A DNA stretch of 64,000 nucleotides, taken from Carcharhinus amblyrhynchos (Eukaryota). How positions within the stretch are numbered: the first letter of the stretch is position 1; every line of letters starts with the position of its first letter. The stretch is taken from positions 58,838,001 to 58,902,000 of the forward strand of contig OZ336882.1 of the NCBI GenBank assembly GCA_965287045.1. Reading direction: 5' to 3'. The position numbers were made by a program, and so were the translations under genes. Below the pieces are notes generated by a model, which was given only the letters and a program-made list of their open reading frames with translations, searched no databases and was not told the DNA's origin. This document shows, piece after piece, positions 12,886-24,257 of the stretch.

Positions 12886-15142
12886 CTGGTGCAGATGGAG
12901 GAGGAGAAGGTGGGTTCCCGGACACGCGTCCTTTGTTTGAACAGAGGGGAGTACGGAAGGATGAGAGAAGAATTGGCGAACGTTGACTGGGGGAGCGCGT
13001 TGGAAGGTAGGTCTGCTGAGAAGCAGTGGAAGATCTTTAAGGAGATCTTTCTTGGTGCTCAGCAGAAATTTATTCCGATGGTTAAAAAGGACCGTAGGAG
13101 GAGAGGTAATCAGCCGTGGATAACGAAGGAGGTGAAGGAAAGTGTTAAATTAAAAGCGGAGGCGTTTAGAGTAGCTAAGAGTAGTGGGCGAGAAGAGGAT
13201 TGGGAGAGGTTTAAATGTCAACAAAGATTGACAAAGAAGTTGATAAAGAAGGGTAGGATAAACTATGAAGCTGGGCTAGCGCTTAATATAAAAAAGGATA
13301 GCAAGAGTTTTTATAAATATATAAAAAGGAAGAGGCTGGCTAGGGTGAACGTTGGTCCTTTAGAGGATGAGAGGGGGGACTTAGTGGTAGGGGATGGGGA
13401 AATGGCTGAGGCCTTGAATAACTTTTTTGTTTTGGTCTTCACGGAGGAGGACGTGAATAATTTACCGGGTGTTAGCGATGGAAAGATGGTAGGACAGGAG
13501 GGTCTCAATTACATTATTGTTACTTGAGAGGCGGTGCTCGACAGACTGGAGGGACTGATTGTGGACAAGTCCCTAGGACCGGATGGAATGCATCCGAGGG
13601 TTCTGAAAGAAATGGCGGAGGTGATAATGGATGCCTTGGTGGTTATTTTCCAAACGTCGCTGGATTCCGGGGAAGTGCCGGAAGATTGGAAAACGGCTAA
13701 TGTTACGCCGTTGTTTAAGAAGGGTGCCAGGCAAAAGGCAGGGAATTATAGGCCGGTTAGTTTAATGTCTGTTGTAGGTAAAATGTTAGAATCCGTCATC
13801 AAGGAGGAAATAGCGAGGCATCTTGAGGGGAATTGCTTGATACAGCAGATGCAGCACGGTTTCGTTAAGGGGAAGTCGTGTCTGACAAATTTATTGGAGT
13901 TCTATGAGGATGTGTCTAGGGCGGTGGATAGAGGAGAGCTGGTGGATGTAGTCTTTCTTGATTTTCAGAAGGCATTTGACAAGGTACCTCACAAGAGGTT
14001 ATTGCAGAAGGTAAGGGGGCATGGAGTTGGGGGTAGGGTGTTAGCGTGGATAGAGGATTGGTTGTCAAATAGGAGGCAGAGAGTGGGGGTCAATGGGTGC
14101 TATTCAGATTGGCGGTTGGTGACTAGTGGAGTGTCCCAGGGTTCGGTGCTGGGGCCTCAGCTATTTACCATTTATATAGATGATCTGGAGGAGGGAACCA
14201 AGTGTATGGTGTTGAAATTTGCTGATGACACCAAGATTGGTGGAACGGCAAATTGCACGGAGGGTGTGGAGAGTCTGCAGAAGGATCTAGATAGGCTGGG
14301 CGAATGGGCCAGGAACTGGCAAATGGAATTTAATGTTGGCAAGTGCGAGGTGGTCCACTTTGGTAGGAATAATGGTAGGAAGGATTATTACTTACGTGGC
14401 GAAAAACTGCAGCAGGCGATGGTGCAGAGGGACCTCGGGGTCCTTGTGCATGAGTCGCAAAAACCCAGCCTGCAGGTGCAGCAGGTGAATGGGATGCTGG
14501 CCTTCATAGTGAGGGGGATTGAATATAAAAGCAGGGAGGTCTTGCTGCAACTGTACAGGGCATTGGTGAGGCTGCAGCTGGAATACTGTGTGCAGTTTTG
14601 GTCGCTGCACTTACGCAAGGATATTTTGGCCTTGGAGGGAGTGCAGAGGAGGTTTACTAGGCTGATACTGGAGTTGAGGGGGTTGAGCTATGAGGAGAGG
14701 CTGAATAAACTAGGCTTGTACTCGTTAGAGTTTAGAAGAATGAGGGGAGATCTCATTGAGACGTATAAGATGATGAATGGGATGGATAGGATAGAGGTGG
14801 AGAGACTCTTCCCACTCAGAAAGGACAGTAGGACCAGGGGGCACAGCCTCAAGATAAAGGGGGGGCGGTTTAGAATGGAGTTGAGGAGGAACTTCTTCAC
14901 TCAAAGGGTGGTGAATCTCTGGAATTCTCTGCCCGTTGAAGTGGTGGAGGCTGCCTCGCTAAATATTTTTAAGACGCGGGTTGATGGGTTTTTGATAAGA
15001 GAGGGGATTAAGGGTTATGGGGAGAGGGCGGGAAAGTGGAACTGAGCCACAACAGATCAGCCATGATCTTATTGAATGGCGGGGCAGGCTCGAAGGGCTG
15101 GATGGCCTACTCCTGCTCCTATTTCTTATGTTCTTATGTTCT
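12886..15142 (+). mobile_element. Young 5'-truncated CR1 (HER1-like) LINE
   Basis: Long ORF2 remnant plus 3' UTR ending in (ttcttatg)n. Confidence 0.95.
12889..15045 (+). pseudogene. CR1 ORF2 reverse transcriptase, N-terminally truncated, one in-frame stop
   Basis: ORFs 12889-13527 and 13534-15045 share a frame; motifs GPDGMHPRVLKE, NYRPVSL, QHGF..GKSCLTNL, DFQKAFDKV, QGSVLGP, KFADDTK. Confidence 0.92.
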
Positions 15143-15734
15143 TTGTATTCAACACTCCACCTTTGAGATAAAGACCATTGTTCCAATCCCCTCCTTGATT
15201 ACTCTTTGTACCTGACTGCCAGCTTTCAAAACACTGGGGAGGGACGTGAAAACCCAAGTGAGACTTCTCAAATTCCTACGTGCTAACTTCCTTTTCATAA
15301 CAGCCGAAAGAATGCTTCTTTGTTAGCGCTCTGCTGCCAACAGTTTATGTGTTTAGAAAGAAAGAAGAAAGGAATTAAACCTCACCACATATACATAAAA
15401 GGGCCAAAGAGTTTCTCCCAGTTGTTCAGCTGGTAACTATCATAGGGAATGTGGAACTCAAGCCATACAATTTCAGAATCAGTTCTCAGCTTGTGTCGAG
15501 TTAACTGTTCTCTGGAAGTCATCTACTGGGGGCTAGAAGGGAAGACTTCCTCATCTCTGGATTAAAAACCTGCCAGATATCCTGCCTTGGTGACATCCCC
15601 CAGAAATAATGTTCTTTTGTTGGAATGTGGTTGAGAATGGGATAGGGGTGGTCCAGCTGTACTGCCCCTATTTTTGAACAGCTTACTGACTAACTCATGC
15701 TGTGTAACCTTCTGCTCTGAAATTAAGTGGGGTG

Positions 15735-16117
15735 GGGGGGGGGTGCAATTTTTTGGTTTCACCGGTGCCCGCACCCCCCACCGAGCTGAAATTCGCACCC
15801 ATCGCTTTTGGCCGTGCTCCAAGTTTTCTGGTCTTGCCCTGTGCCAATTTCTGCCACAGGCCGGACCTGGAAGTCCTGGTCAAAATCCCATGGCAGGAGT
15901 GGGAAGTCAAGGGTCTCCCACTACAGAATGCAGTGGGTAAACCCGTAGAATCACGTCATGTTCAGCGAATCTATCCATTACGCAGCCTTCGGGTTTGCGT
16001 CAAACCTTGCAGCGGGTCAGGCAGGGTATCAGCTGGCCCGCCATCAGCTTCATACTTAAAAGACAGCTTGATGCACACCACCCGCCCCGCCACCCCAACC
16101 TGGCAGAATTGCCCTTC
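15735..16117. mobile_element. Harbinger-type MITE
   Basis: gggtgcaatttt ... gcagaattgccc inverted ends. Confidence 0.5.
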
Positions 16118-16119
16118 AC

Positions 16120-16207
16120 AGTAAGAAGTCTCACAACACCAGGTTAAAGTCCAACCAATTTATTTGATAGTAAACCCACAAGCTTTCGGGGCCCAAAAGC
16201 TTGTGCA
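16120..16207. mobile_element. Penelope-like terminal fragment
   Basis: caccaggttaaagtccaac..tttatttg shared with 22601-22752; ends in the hairpin cacaagctttcggggcccaaaagcttgtg. Confidence 0.6.
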
Positions 16208-16214
16208 CAAATAG

Positions 16215-16450
16215 GCAATGAAATCACTGTGAAAGCCTTCTACTCACCACACTCCGGCACCTGTTCGGGTACACTGAGGAAGAACTTAGCATGTCTTTCG
16301 GACTGTGGGGGAAACTGGCACACCGGAAGGAAACCCAGACAAATATGGGGAGAACCTACGGACTCTGCACAGACAGTGACCTGACCCAAGCCAGGAATCG
16401 AACCTGGGTCCTTGGTGCTGTAAGGCAGCCGTGCTAACCACTGTGCCACC
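16215..16450 (-). mobile_element. V-SINE with MER6-type tail
   Basis: tRNA head/V domain plus cacactccggcacctgttcgggtacactgagg tail. Confidence 0.8.
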
Positions 16451-16454
16451 CAAG

Positions 16455-16705
16455 AAGGATCTGATTTCCTGCTGGCAGGGCAGATGATTTCATGGGGGTG
16501 CAAGATTCTGGTCCTTAACGAGTATTAATGACAGGCAAAATACAATCCCTGCATCCAACAGGAAAAGTGACCCATCATCAACCCACCATCAACACGCTAA
16601 GGGGAAAACTACCAACTTGTCTCCTCGCCGGCGGATCTTCGACTTTGGCCTCATTCCAAGCCCACCATGATTCCTGCTGCTGTCAGGATGGGAAAATTCC
16701 ACCCA
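16455..16705. mobile_element. Harbinger-type MITE fragment
   Basis: Ends in gggaaaattccaccc TIR-like sequence. Confidence 0.4.
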
Positions 16706-16794
16706 TGGAGAATGGTCAGATGAGTGAAGTAACCTTAAGGCAGGTCAGAGTCTTCAGAGGATGGAAAAACATTGGAAGAGTTTGCAGCTTAAAA

Positions 16795-17290
16795 GAACAT
16801 AGCAACAGGAGTAGACCATTCCGAGCCCTCAAGCCTGTTCCAACATTCAATTGAGGCTCAGTTACTTCTTTACCTGCCTTGATTCCATATCCCTTAACAC
16901 GTTTGCCCAACAAAAACCTCCAGTCTTCAATTTTGAAATTTTCAATTGACAGAGTGTCAGCAGATTTCTGAGGGTGAGAGTTCCTGATGTCCACTTCCTT
17001 TGTGTGGCAAAATGCTTCCTGATGTCACCCCTGAAAAGTCCAGCTTGAATTTTAAGACCCTGTCCCCTGTTCTGGATTGCTCCCCAACCCCACTCCTCCC
17101 TCCCTCTAGCCATCACCACCAATGGAAACAGTTTGTGCCTATCTACTCTATCAACTCTTTCAATTATCTTAAATAGCACAATTAGATCACTCTAATCTTT
17201 TACACTCAGGGAAATACAAGCCTAGTGTGTACATCCTGACCTCCTCATTTAACTCCTTAAGCCTTGGTCATTCTAGTAAATCCATGCGAC
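16795..17290 (-). mobile_element. CR1 3' end
   Basis: ORFs 16862-17179 and 16716-16994 carry CR1 C-terminal motifs (DRHKLFPL; RVKGYGIKAGK). Confidence 0.8.
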
Positions 17291-18144
17291 ACCCACTTCA
17301 TGGAGTGATCAGGAATGCACGTGGAGCTTTAATCTTGTCCTTTCCCTGCCTACTCTCTGACAATGATGACATTTATGAACTGCCCCTAAGTAAAGCACAT
17401 GACAAAGTATCCATGAGTCTCCCAAAGACAGCTGTACAAAGGACTCAGTGTATTTACATGGTGATCTGAATCTATTTTATGGTAGAAGTAGATAACTTAC
17501 CAAAACTCTGCCTCTGTGTGTGTGTGCGCTGATCCCTTCATGCACTAACATGTTTATTTTCCTAAAACCTCCATCGGATAGGGTTTGCGGTGTGATTAGC
17601 AAGCAAGAGAAAAGCAGTTCATTCATTCTACATGATCCAGGGGGGTGTGTCAAGTCATTCATAGGAAGCAAGCAGGAGAAACAGATGTCAGGGATTACTG
17701 CAGAGTGTCAAGGGGCTGGAAATGCAGGAACAGTGGAGAGGTGAATATCATTAGGAGAATGGAGGCTTTAAAAATGGAGACTTTTCTGATGGTTCAGCAG
17801 GGGAAGACAGAAAGTAACTGAGATAAATGGATTATCAGCTGCCAGGTTTGACAGCAGCTCAGCCTTTAGTTAGTTGAATGTAATCAGGGCGGTGGTTAAA
17901 ATACCATGAATGGCCTCCACCCACCTGGACTGTGAAGGGGGATAAGCAGGCATGGCTTCCTGCTCTGGATTGTTATTCCCGGATTCGATCTGGGAAGCGG
18001 AATGGTCGACATTGTCCCCTTCATCACAAAGCTGAATATCTGAGAATATTCCCGTCTGCAGATCACCCATTCGGCTGTGGCACTGGAGGGTGCAACCTTT
18101 GGCATCATAGCCCAGTGTGAAACAGCCCCTTTGAGTATGTATCA

Positions 18145-18540
18145 GTTGTTGGCTCAGTTGGCAGTGGATAATGAGTTTCAACCCCTGCTCCCAGGACTTG
18201 AACACAAATATAAACAAATCAATGCTGAGATCCCGGTGCAGCACTGCAGAGGTTCTGGAGGAGACTTTCAATTAAGGCCCCTGCCTGCCCTCTTGGATAG
18301 ATGGGAAGAGATCCCACATGGCACCATTTCAAAAGGGGCGTTGTCTCTCAACCAACAATACAAGTAAAAACAGAATGCTGGTCAGTTTTACACTATGGAT
18401 TATGGGAACTGTCTGTGTGCAAATTGGCTGCTGAATTTCCTACTGTAGAACATTTCCAATTATTTTCATTGGCTGTAATACACTCTGCAACATCCTGCGG
18501 CCAAGAAAGGCGCTATATAAATGCATTTTTCCAGTCTTTC
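18145..18540 (+). mobile_element. DeuSINE (SacSINE1-like), near full length
   Basis: tggctcagttggcag head, Deu-like core, tail gaaaggcgctatataaatgca. Confidence 0.7.
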
Positions 18541-19129
18541 AGGAGGTTTGCTGAGGTGGAGGGCAGGTACGGGAGAATCAAAATACTCAAACTCCATTGC
18601 TCATCTTCTTAACTAAGGCCAACAAAATGGTCAGATACAGTAACAGAAGCTACAACGGTAAGCTATAGCTGTCATGGAAATGATATCAGGCAGCAGAGAA
18701 TTAGTCACAGTCAGACCCAACTCCTTAAGCTGGCTCCTCTCCAACATGGCAGAATTGGCACGGGAACAAGCACAATTGTCTGGATTTCATGCTTTACCAG
18801 GAGCTTTTAATCTTTATTTCAGCAGAAGTTATATTTCAGAATTGTCAGGATCGTGATGTTAAAAGAATACGAGTCTCACTGACTGAGCATTTGCTAAAAA
18901 TGTCTTGAGCTCGGAGAGGTGAGGGAGCTGCATTCAAACGCTGTTAATGCTCAGCCGTATCCAGGTTTGTTGCGTGTGTCTGGGATTCAAATAACTGTTG
19001 CAAGCCAGTCAGCACCGTTAGCGATATAAGGACACACTGCTTAAACATAGTGTTCATTAGTAGAGGTCCTTTTTGTCATAGAATTATGTAGGATGTCCAG
19101 CATAGACATTCAACAAAACTTGTTTAAAA

Positions 19130-19363
19130 AAAAGCAAGTTACTGCAGATGCTGGAATCTGAAACCAAAAGAGAAAATGCTGGAAATTCTCAGCAGATCTG
19201 GCAGCATCTATAAGGAGAGAAAAAAGAGCTGACGTTTCAGGTCCAGATGACTCTTTGTCAAAGCTGTGACAAAGAGTCATCTGGACTCAAAGCGTCAGCT
19301 CTTTTTTCTCTCCTTACAGATGCTGCCAGATCTGCTGAGATTTTCTAGTTTTTTTTCTTTTGG
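19130..19363. mobile_element. Palindromic Penelope-derived element (two inverted arms of about 100 bp)
   Basis: 19164-19263 is the near reverse complement of 19264-19363, centred on AG|CT. Confidence 0.8.
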
Positions 19364-19929
19364 TGGCAGCAAAACTTTTTGATACTAAAGTTTTATACTC
19401 CACATCAGTCAGCTTCCTCCTACCCAGTCTCATTTCACCCCCTCAGCCTAGATTTCTCCCCCATTTTCTTAATATTTTCAAATTTCCACTCTCTGCTCCT
19501 GGATTCCTTCTTGGATTTATTAGTGATTGTCTTATGTTTCTAATCTCTAGTTTTAGACTCCCTCACAAATGGAAACATCTTTTTGGTCTATTCTACTAAA
19601 CACATCCATGTTTTAAGGATCACCACCACATTTTCTATCAGTCTTCTCCTTTCTAATGGAAAGCTAGAACTCTCAAGAGAGGGAATTTGTGGAAATTAGA
19701 ATGAGGGGGAGGCCTCCATTGAGTGGATCCCTTTCTTTACATATATTTGCATTTTTGACTTTAAGTGTGATTTTCTTCCCCCCATTAATTTTATTAAAAG
19801 AGATGAATGGGTGGAACAAAACGCAAGTTGGTGATCATGTTTAAATTGAGTAACATGTCAATCAAACTCAGAACAACACTAATGACAGTCATGATTGCCA
19901 ACATCGCCAAGTTGGCAGTTGAGCACAGT

Positions 19930-21250
19930 GGGCCTTGTCCTATAATGATGACTGAGAAATGTGGACCCTCTCTTGTAACAATGATTGAGAAATGTGAATC
20001 CTCCCCTGTAACAATGACTGGGAAATGTGGACCCTCTCCCGTATCAGCCACTGGGAAATGTGGACCCTCTCCCATATCAACCACTGGGAAATGTGGGCCC
20101 TCTCCTGTATCAGCCACTGGGAAATGTGGACCATCTCCCGTATCAGCCACTGGGAAATGTGGACCCTCTCCTGTATCAGCTGCAGTGAAATGTGGACCTT
20201 CTCCTGTATCAGCCGCAGCGAAATGTGGACCCTCTCCTGTATCAGCCGCAGCGAAATGTGGACACTCTCCCGCATCAGCCACTGGGAAATGTGGACCCTC
20301 TCCCGCATCAGCCACTGGGAAATGTGGACCCTCTCCCGCATCAGCCACTGGGAAATGTGGACCCTCTCCCGTATCAGCCACTGGGAAATGTGGACCCTTT
20401 CCCGTATCAACTACTGGGAAATGTGGACCCTCTCCCGTATCAACTACTGGGAAATGTGGACCCTCTCCCGTATCAGCCGCTGGGAAATGTTGACCCTCTC
20501 CCGTATCAGCCAAGGGAAATGTTGACCCTCTCCCGTATCAGCCGCTGGGAAATGTGGACCCTCTCCCGTATCAGCCGCTGGGAAATGTTGACCCTCTCCC
20601 GTATCAGCCAAGGGAAATGTTGACCCTCTCCCGTATCAGCCACAGGGAAATGTGGACCCTCTCCCGTATCAGCCACTGGGAAATGTGGGCCCTCTCCCGT
20701 ATCAGCCACTGGGAAATGTGGACCCTCTCCTGTATCAGCTGCAGTGAAATGTGGACCTTCTCCTGTATCAACTACTGGGAAATGTGGACACTCTCCCGTA
20801 TCAGCCACTGGGAAATGTGGACCCTCTCCCGCATCAGCCACTGGGAAATGTGGACCCTCTCCCGCATCAGCCACTGGGAAATGTGGACCCTCTCCCGTAT
20901 CAGCCACTGGGAAATGTGGACCCTCTCCCGTATCAGCCACTGGGAAATGTGGACCCTCTCCCGTATCAGCCACTGGGAAATGTGGACCCTCTCCCGTATC
21001 AGCCACTGGGAAATGTGGACCCTCTCCCGTATCAGCCACTGGGAAATGTGGACTCTCTCCTGTATTAGCCACAGGAAAATGTGGACTCTCTCCTATAACA
21101 ATGACTGAAAAATGTGGACCTTTCTTGTATCCATGGCTGAAAAATGAGGACCGTCTCCTATAACCATGACTGAGAAATGCAGATCCTCTTTCTTGTGACA
21201 GTAGCTGGGAAACGTGGATGTTCCTCTGTTACAATGACTGAGAAATGGTT
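19930..21250. repeat. 33-bp minisatellite, about 40 units
   Basis: Unit ACTGGGAAATGTGGACCCTCTCCCGTATCAGCC; 11-aa periodicity in the ORF track; degenerate units at both edges. Confidence 0.97.
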
Positions 21251-21682
21251 CCCGAATCTATCCCATTGTACACTTAAGTGGCTGCAAATACACTGGAAGG
21301 TGCTGACCTATCACAGGCTTCCATACCCTGCTGGCAACTTTATTATGAATGAAGGTTAACAACATCCCAATAGCTGAGAAAGCTGTCTTTCAGGCAGTCA
21401 GCTTCCAGTGTTTATAATTCTTCATTGAACCAGTTCGGTAAGGATGCAGTGTCCATGACTATCCTGGCACTACTTACATCTTTAATATGTTCGCAGCTCA
21501 GGTGTTTTAGCCTTTTATCTCTGTCTCTTTGTGGTTGCTGCTATGTATATCTAAAAAAAGTGTATTGATAAATTGAGACTTAATTGTTTTTTAGTTGCAT
21601 GTAGTCTAATAACAGTAAGTTCAATGAAGATATAACCATCAGGAAAAGACTCAGACGCTGAATCAGCGAAGAAGACCAATGT

Positions 21683-21980
21683 TTAAAGTTTAATTATTTG
21701 TGTCACAAGTAAGCTTACATCAACACCACAATGAATTTACTGTGAAAATCCCCTAGTCACCACACTCCAGCGCCTGTTCGGGTACACTGAGGGAGAATTT
21801 AGCAAGGCCAATGCATCTAACCAGCACATCTTTCAAATTATGGGAGGAAACTGGAGCACTCGGAGAAAACCCATTGCAGAACGTGCAGACTCCGTATAGA
21901 CAGTGATCCAAGCTGGGAATTGAACCCAGGTCCCTGACACTGTGAGGGATCAGTCCTAACCACTGTGCCACTGTGCCACA
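21683..21980 (-). mobile_element. V-SINE with MER6-type tail, full length
   Basis: tgtcacaagtaagcttacat...tgtgaaaatcccctagtcaccacactcc...aaccactgtgccac. Confidence 0.85.
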
Positions 21981-22600
21981 CATTTATTGACTGTAAGCAA
22001 AATCACAGAATTATTATGGTGCAGAAGGCAGCCATTTGGCTTATCTTGTCTGCAATGGTTCTCTGAGTGAACAGTTCACCTAATACCATTTCCCCTGCCT
22101 TCTCGCCATAACCTTGCACATTCTTCTTTATCAGATAACAGTCTAATTCCCTTTTCAATGACTTGATTGAACATGTTTCCAAACCCTAACTACTCGCTGC
22201 ATAAAAAATGATTCTCCTAATATCATTTTTGCTTATTTTACGAATTACTTCAAATCTGTACCCTCTGGTTCTCGATCCTTTCATGAGTGGGAACAGTTTC
22301 ACCTCATCCAGTCTGTCAAGTCCCTTCATGATTTTGAATACCTCTATTAAACCTCAGCTCAGTCTACTTTTCTTTGAGGAGAACAGTCCTAACTTCTCCA
22401 ATCTATTTTCATAATTGAAGTTCCTTATCCTGTGAACCATTCTCACAAATCTTTTCTGCGTTCTATGCAAGTACCTTCACATCCTCCCTGAAGTGCGGTG
22501 CCCAGAACTGGACATAATACTCTAGCCAAGGCAGAACAATGCCTTACAAAAGTTCAGCATAATCTTCTTGCTTTTGTACTCTGTGTCCTTGTTAATAAAG

Positions 22601-22752
22601 ATGTGGAGATGCTGGTGTTGTACTGGGGTAAACATCACCAGGTTAAAGTCCAACAGGTTTATTTGGTAGTAAACGTCACTAGCTTTTGGGGTTTGCCCCT
22701 TCATCAGGAGTTCTGATCACAAATAGAGCATATAAAGGCACATGCAGTATTA
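22601..22752 (-). mobile_element. Penelope-like terminal (pLTR) fragment with hammerhead core
   Basis: Direct repeat ttaataaag at 22592-22600 and 22753-22761; minus strand CTGATGA-AGGGGCAAACCCC-AAAA-GC-TA, then AATAAA. Confidence 0.7.
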
Positions 22753-22965
22753 TTAATAAAGCCCAGGATACCATATATTTTGTTAACTGGTCACTCAACC
22801 TGTCCTGCCATCTTCAATGATTTACACACATATACATCTAGGTCCTTCAGCTTGTCCTTCCCTTTTAGAGTTGCACCCTTTATTTTAGTGTGTTTTCATG
22901 TTCTTCATACCAAAATGAATCACCTCACACTTCTCTGTATTGAACTTACCTGCCACTTGTCTGCC

Positions 22966-23192
22966 TGTTATGTATTGCAAACCAATGCATCTCTCTGTAG
23001 TGTGTCACATGATTATATGATGACATCCTCAGAGGCATTTGGGAGAGTTTCCCTCCCCTTCATCCTGGATTACAGGCCAGCAACACCCATCTAATAAAGC
23101 TCCACAAACTGGTGAAATAACCCACTGTGTGGCAACCTTTTCATTCTTTTAGCTTTGTGGTTAAAGTGAGCTGCCCACTTTAGTATACAACA
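22966..23192 (+). mobile_element. Solo LTR (227 bp)
   Basis: TGTTA...CAACA termini, internal AATAAA (about 23093), 5-bp flanks ctgcc/ccgcc; the host CR1 resumes on both sides. Confidence 0.7.
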
Positions 23193-24257
23193 CCGCCCAT
23201 TCAGCAACTTGTCAATGCATCTTTGGAGCTCTACACTATCGTCCTCACAGTTCACCATGCTTCCATGTTTTGTATCATCCTTTGAAATTGTGGCCCATAC
23301 CGAAATGAAACAACAATAAATTTACTAATTAGCTAAACGCTAATCAGTCAACTTAATCAACTGAAACTTATCAATTAATTAATGAGGAACCAAAGTTAAA
23401 TTATACTTGTTATATATTGTTGTATTATCTGTATCTATGATGAGCTAGGTACTAGTGTTCCAGGGATCGCATTTCACAGCTGCACTAAAGAATGAAGTGA
23501 TGTGTACATAACTGGTTCAATCAGGCTTTTCTTTTGAATCAGACAGCATGACGAAATTAAACATAAAGTGTTTCTGATTTTTACAAACTTTAAGGTGTAA
23601 TTGTTAACAACATCTGAGAACCAAATGACACAAAAACCCACAGCAATACTTGTCAACAAAACGCTACATTAACGTATTCAAATGGATAGACAACCCAGCA
23701 GGAGTGGAAAACAACTTCAATCCTTCATGTTGACAGGTATTCACATCCGTCTGTGAAGGGCACTGCACCTTCCCAGGAACCAAGATGATAGGAATTTCCC
23801 TCTGCCCCAGCCCACTTCTATAATCATGATTTCCTCCTCGACAAGAATGTTACTTCTGTACCCAAGGATTCAGACTGGATTTCCTACACTTGCTCGACGC
23901 AACAAGATGGTTGCTGTAACTCCTGGTTATATTTAAAAGGATATATCACCACACCTTAGTTCATGTTACTGGAAATGGCTGATGGGTCAATAACGCTGCA
24001 TGGTTAATTTCATTCATTCTGGCTAATTGTGCCTTAATCTGAAGCCAATAGGTTACTTAAGAGTATACTTCTTATCTTAATGCCTTTGTAAGTATCTCAT
24101 TCTTCAGTCTGGAATTGGGCTTGTCCAGGTGCTGTGTTCTATGATAGACCAATGCTAGATAGTGTAGATTTACTTCTCACAGTTTCTGTTGCAGTACTTT
24201 TAAGTTTCAAATTCAAGTTCCTAACATAAGAATACTGGCAGAAAATGCAGACATCAT

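Larger units (their letters stand above)
22003..23300 (-). mobile_element. CR1 3' region with two nested insertions
   Basis: CR1 C-terminal homology (IEYKSK.IMLN..KAL in ORF 22522-22704) continuing across both inserts. Confidence 0.75.

Noticed and set aside
19807-21163. Plus-strand repetitive ORFs (KCGPSPVSATG, MWTLSRISHWE, VDPLPYQPLGN) as genes
   Set aside because: Stop-free frames are a by-product of a 33-bp unit; all frames are open and there is no gene structure.
19930-21250. CRISPR-like array
   Set aside because: Head-to-tail 33-bp units with no unique spacers, no cas genes, and a vertebrate context.
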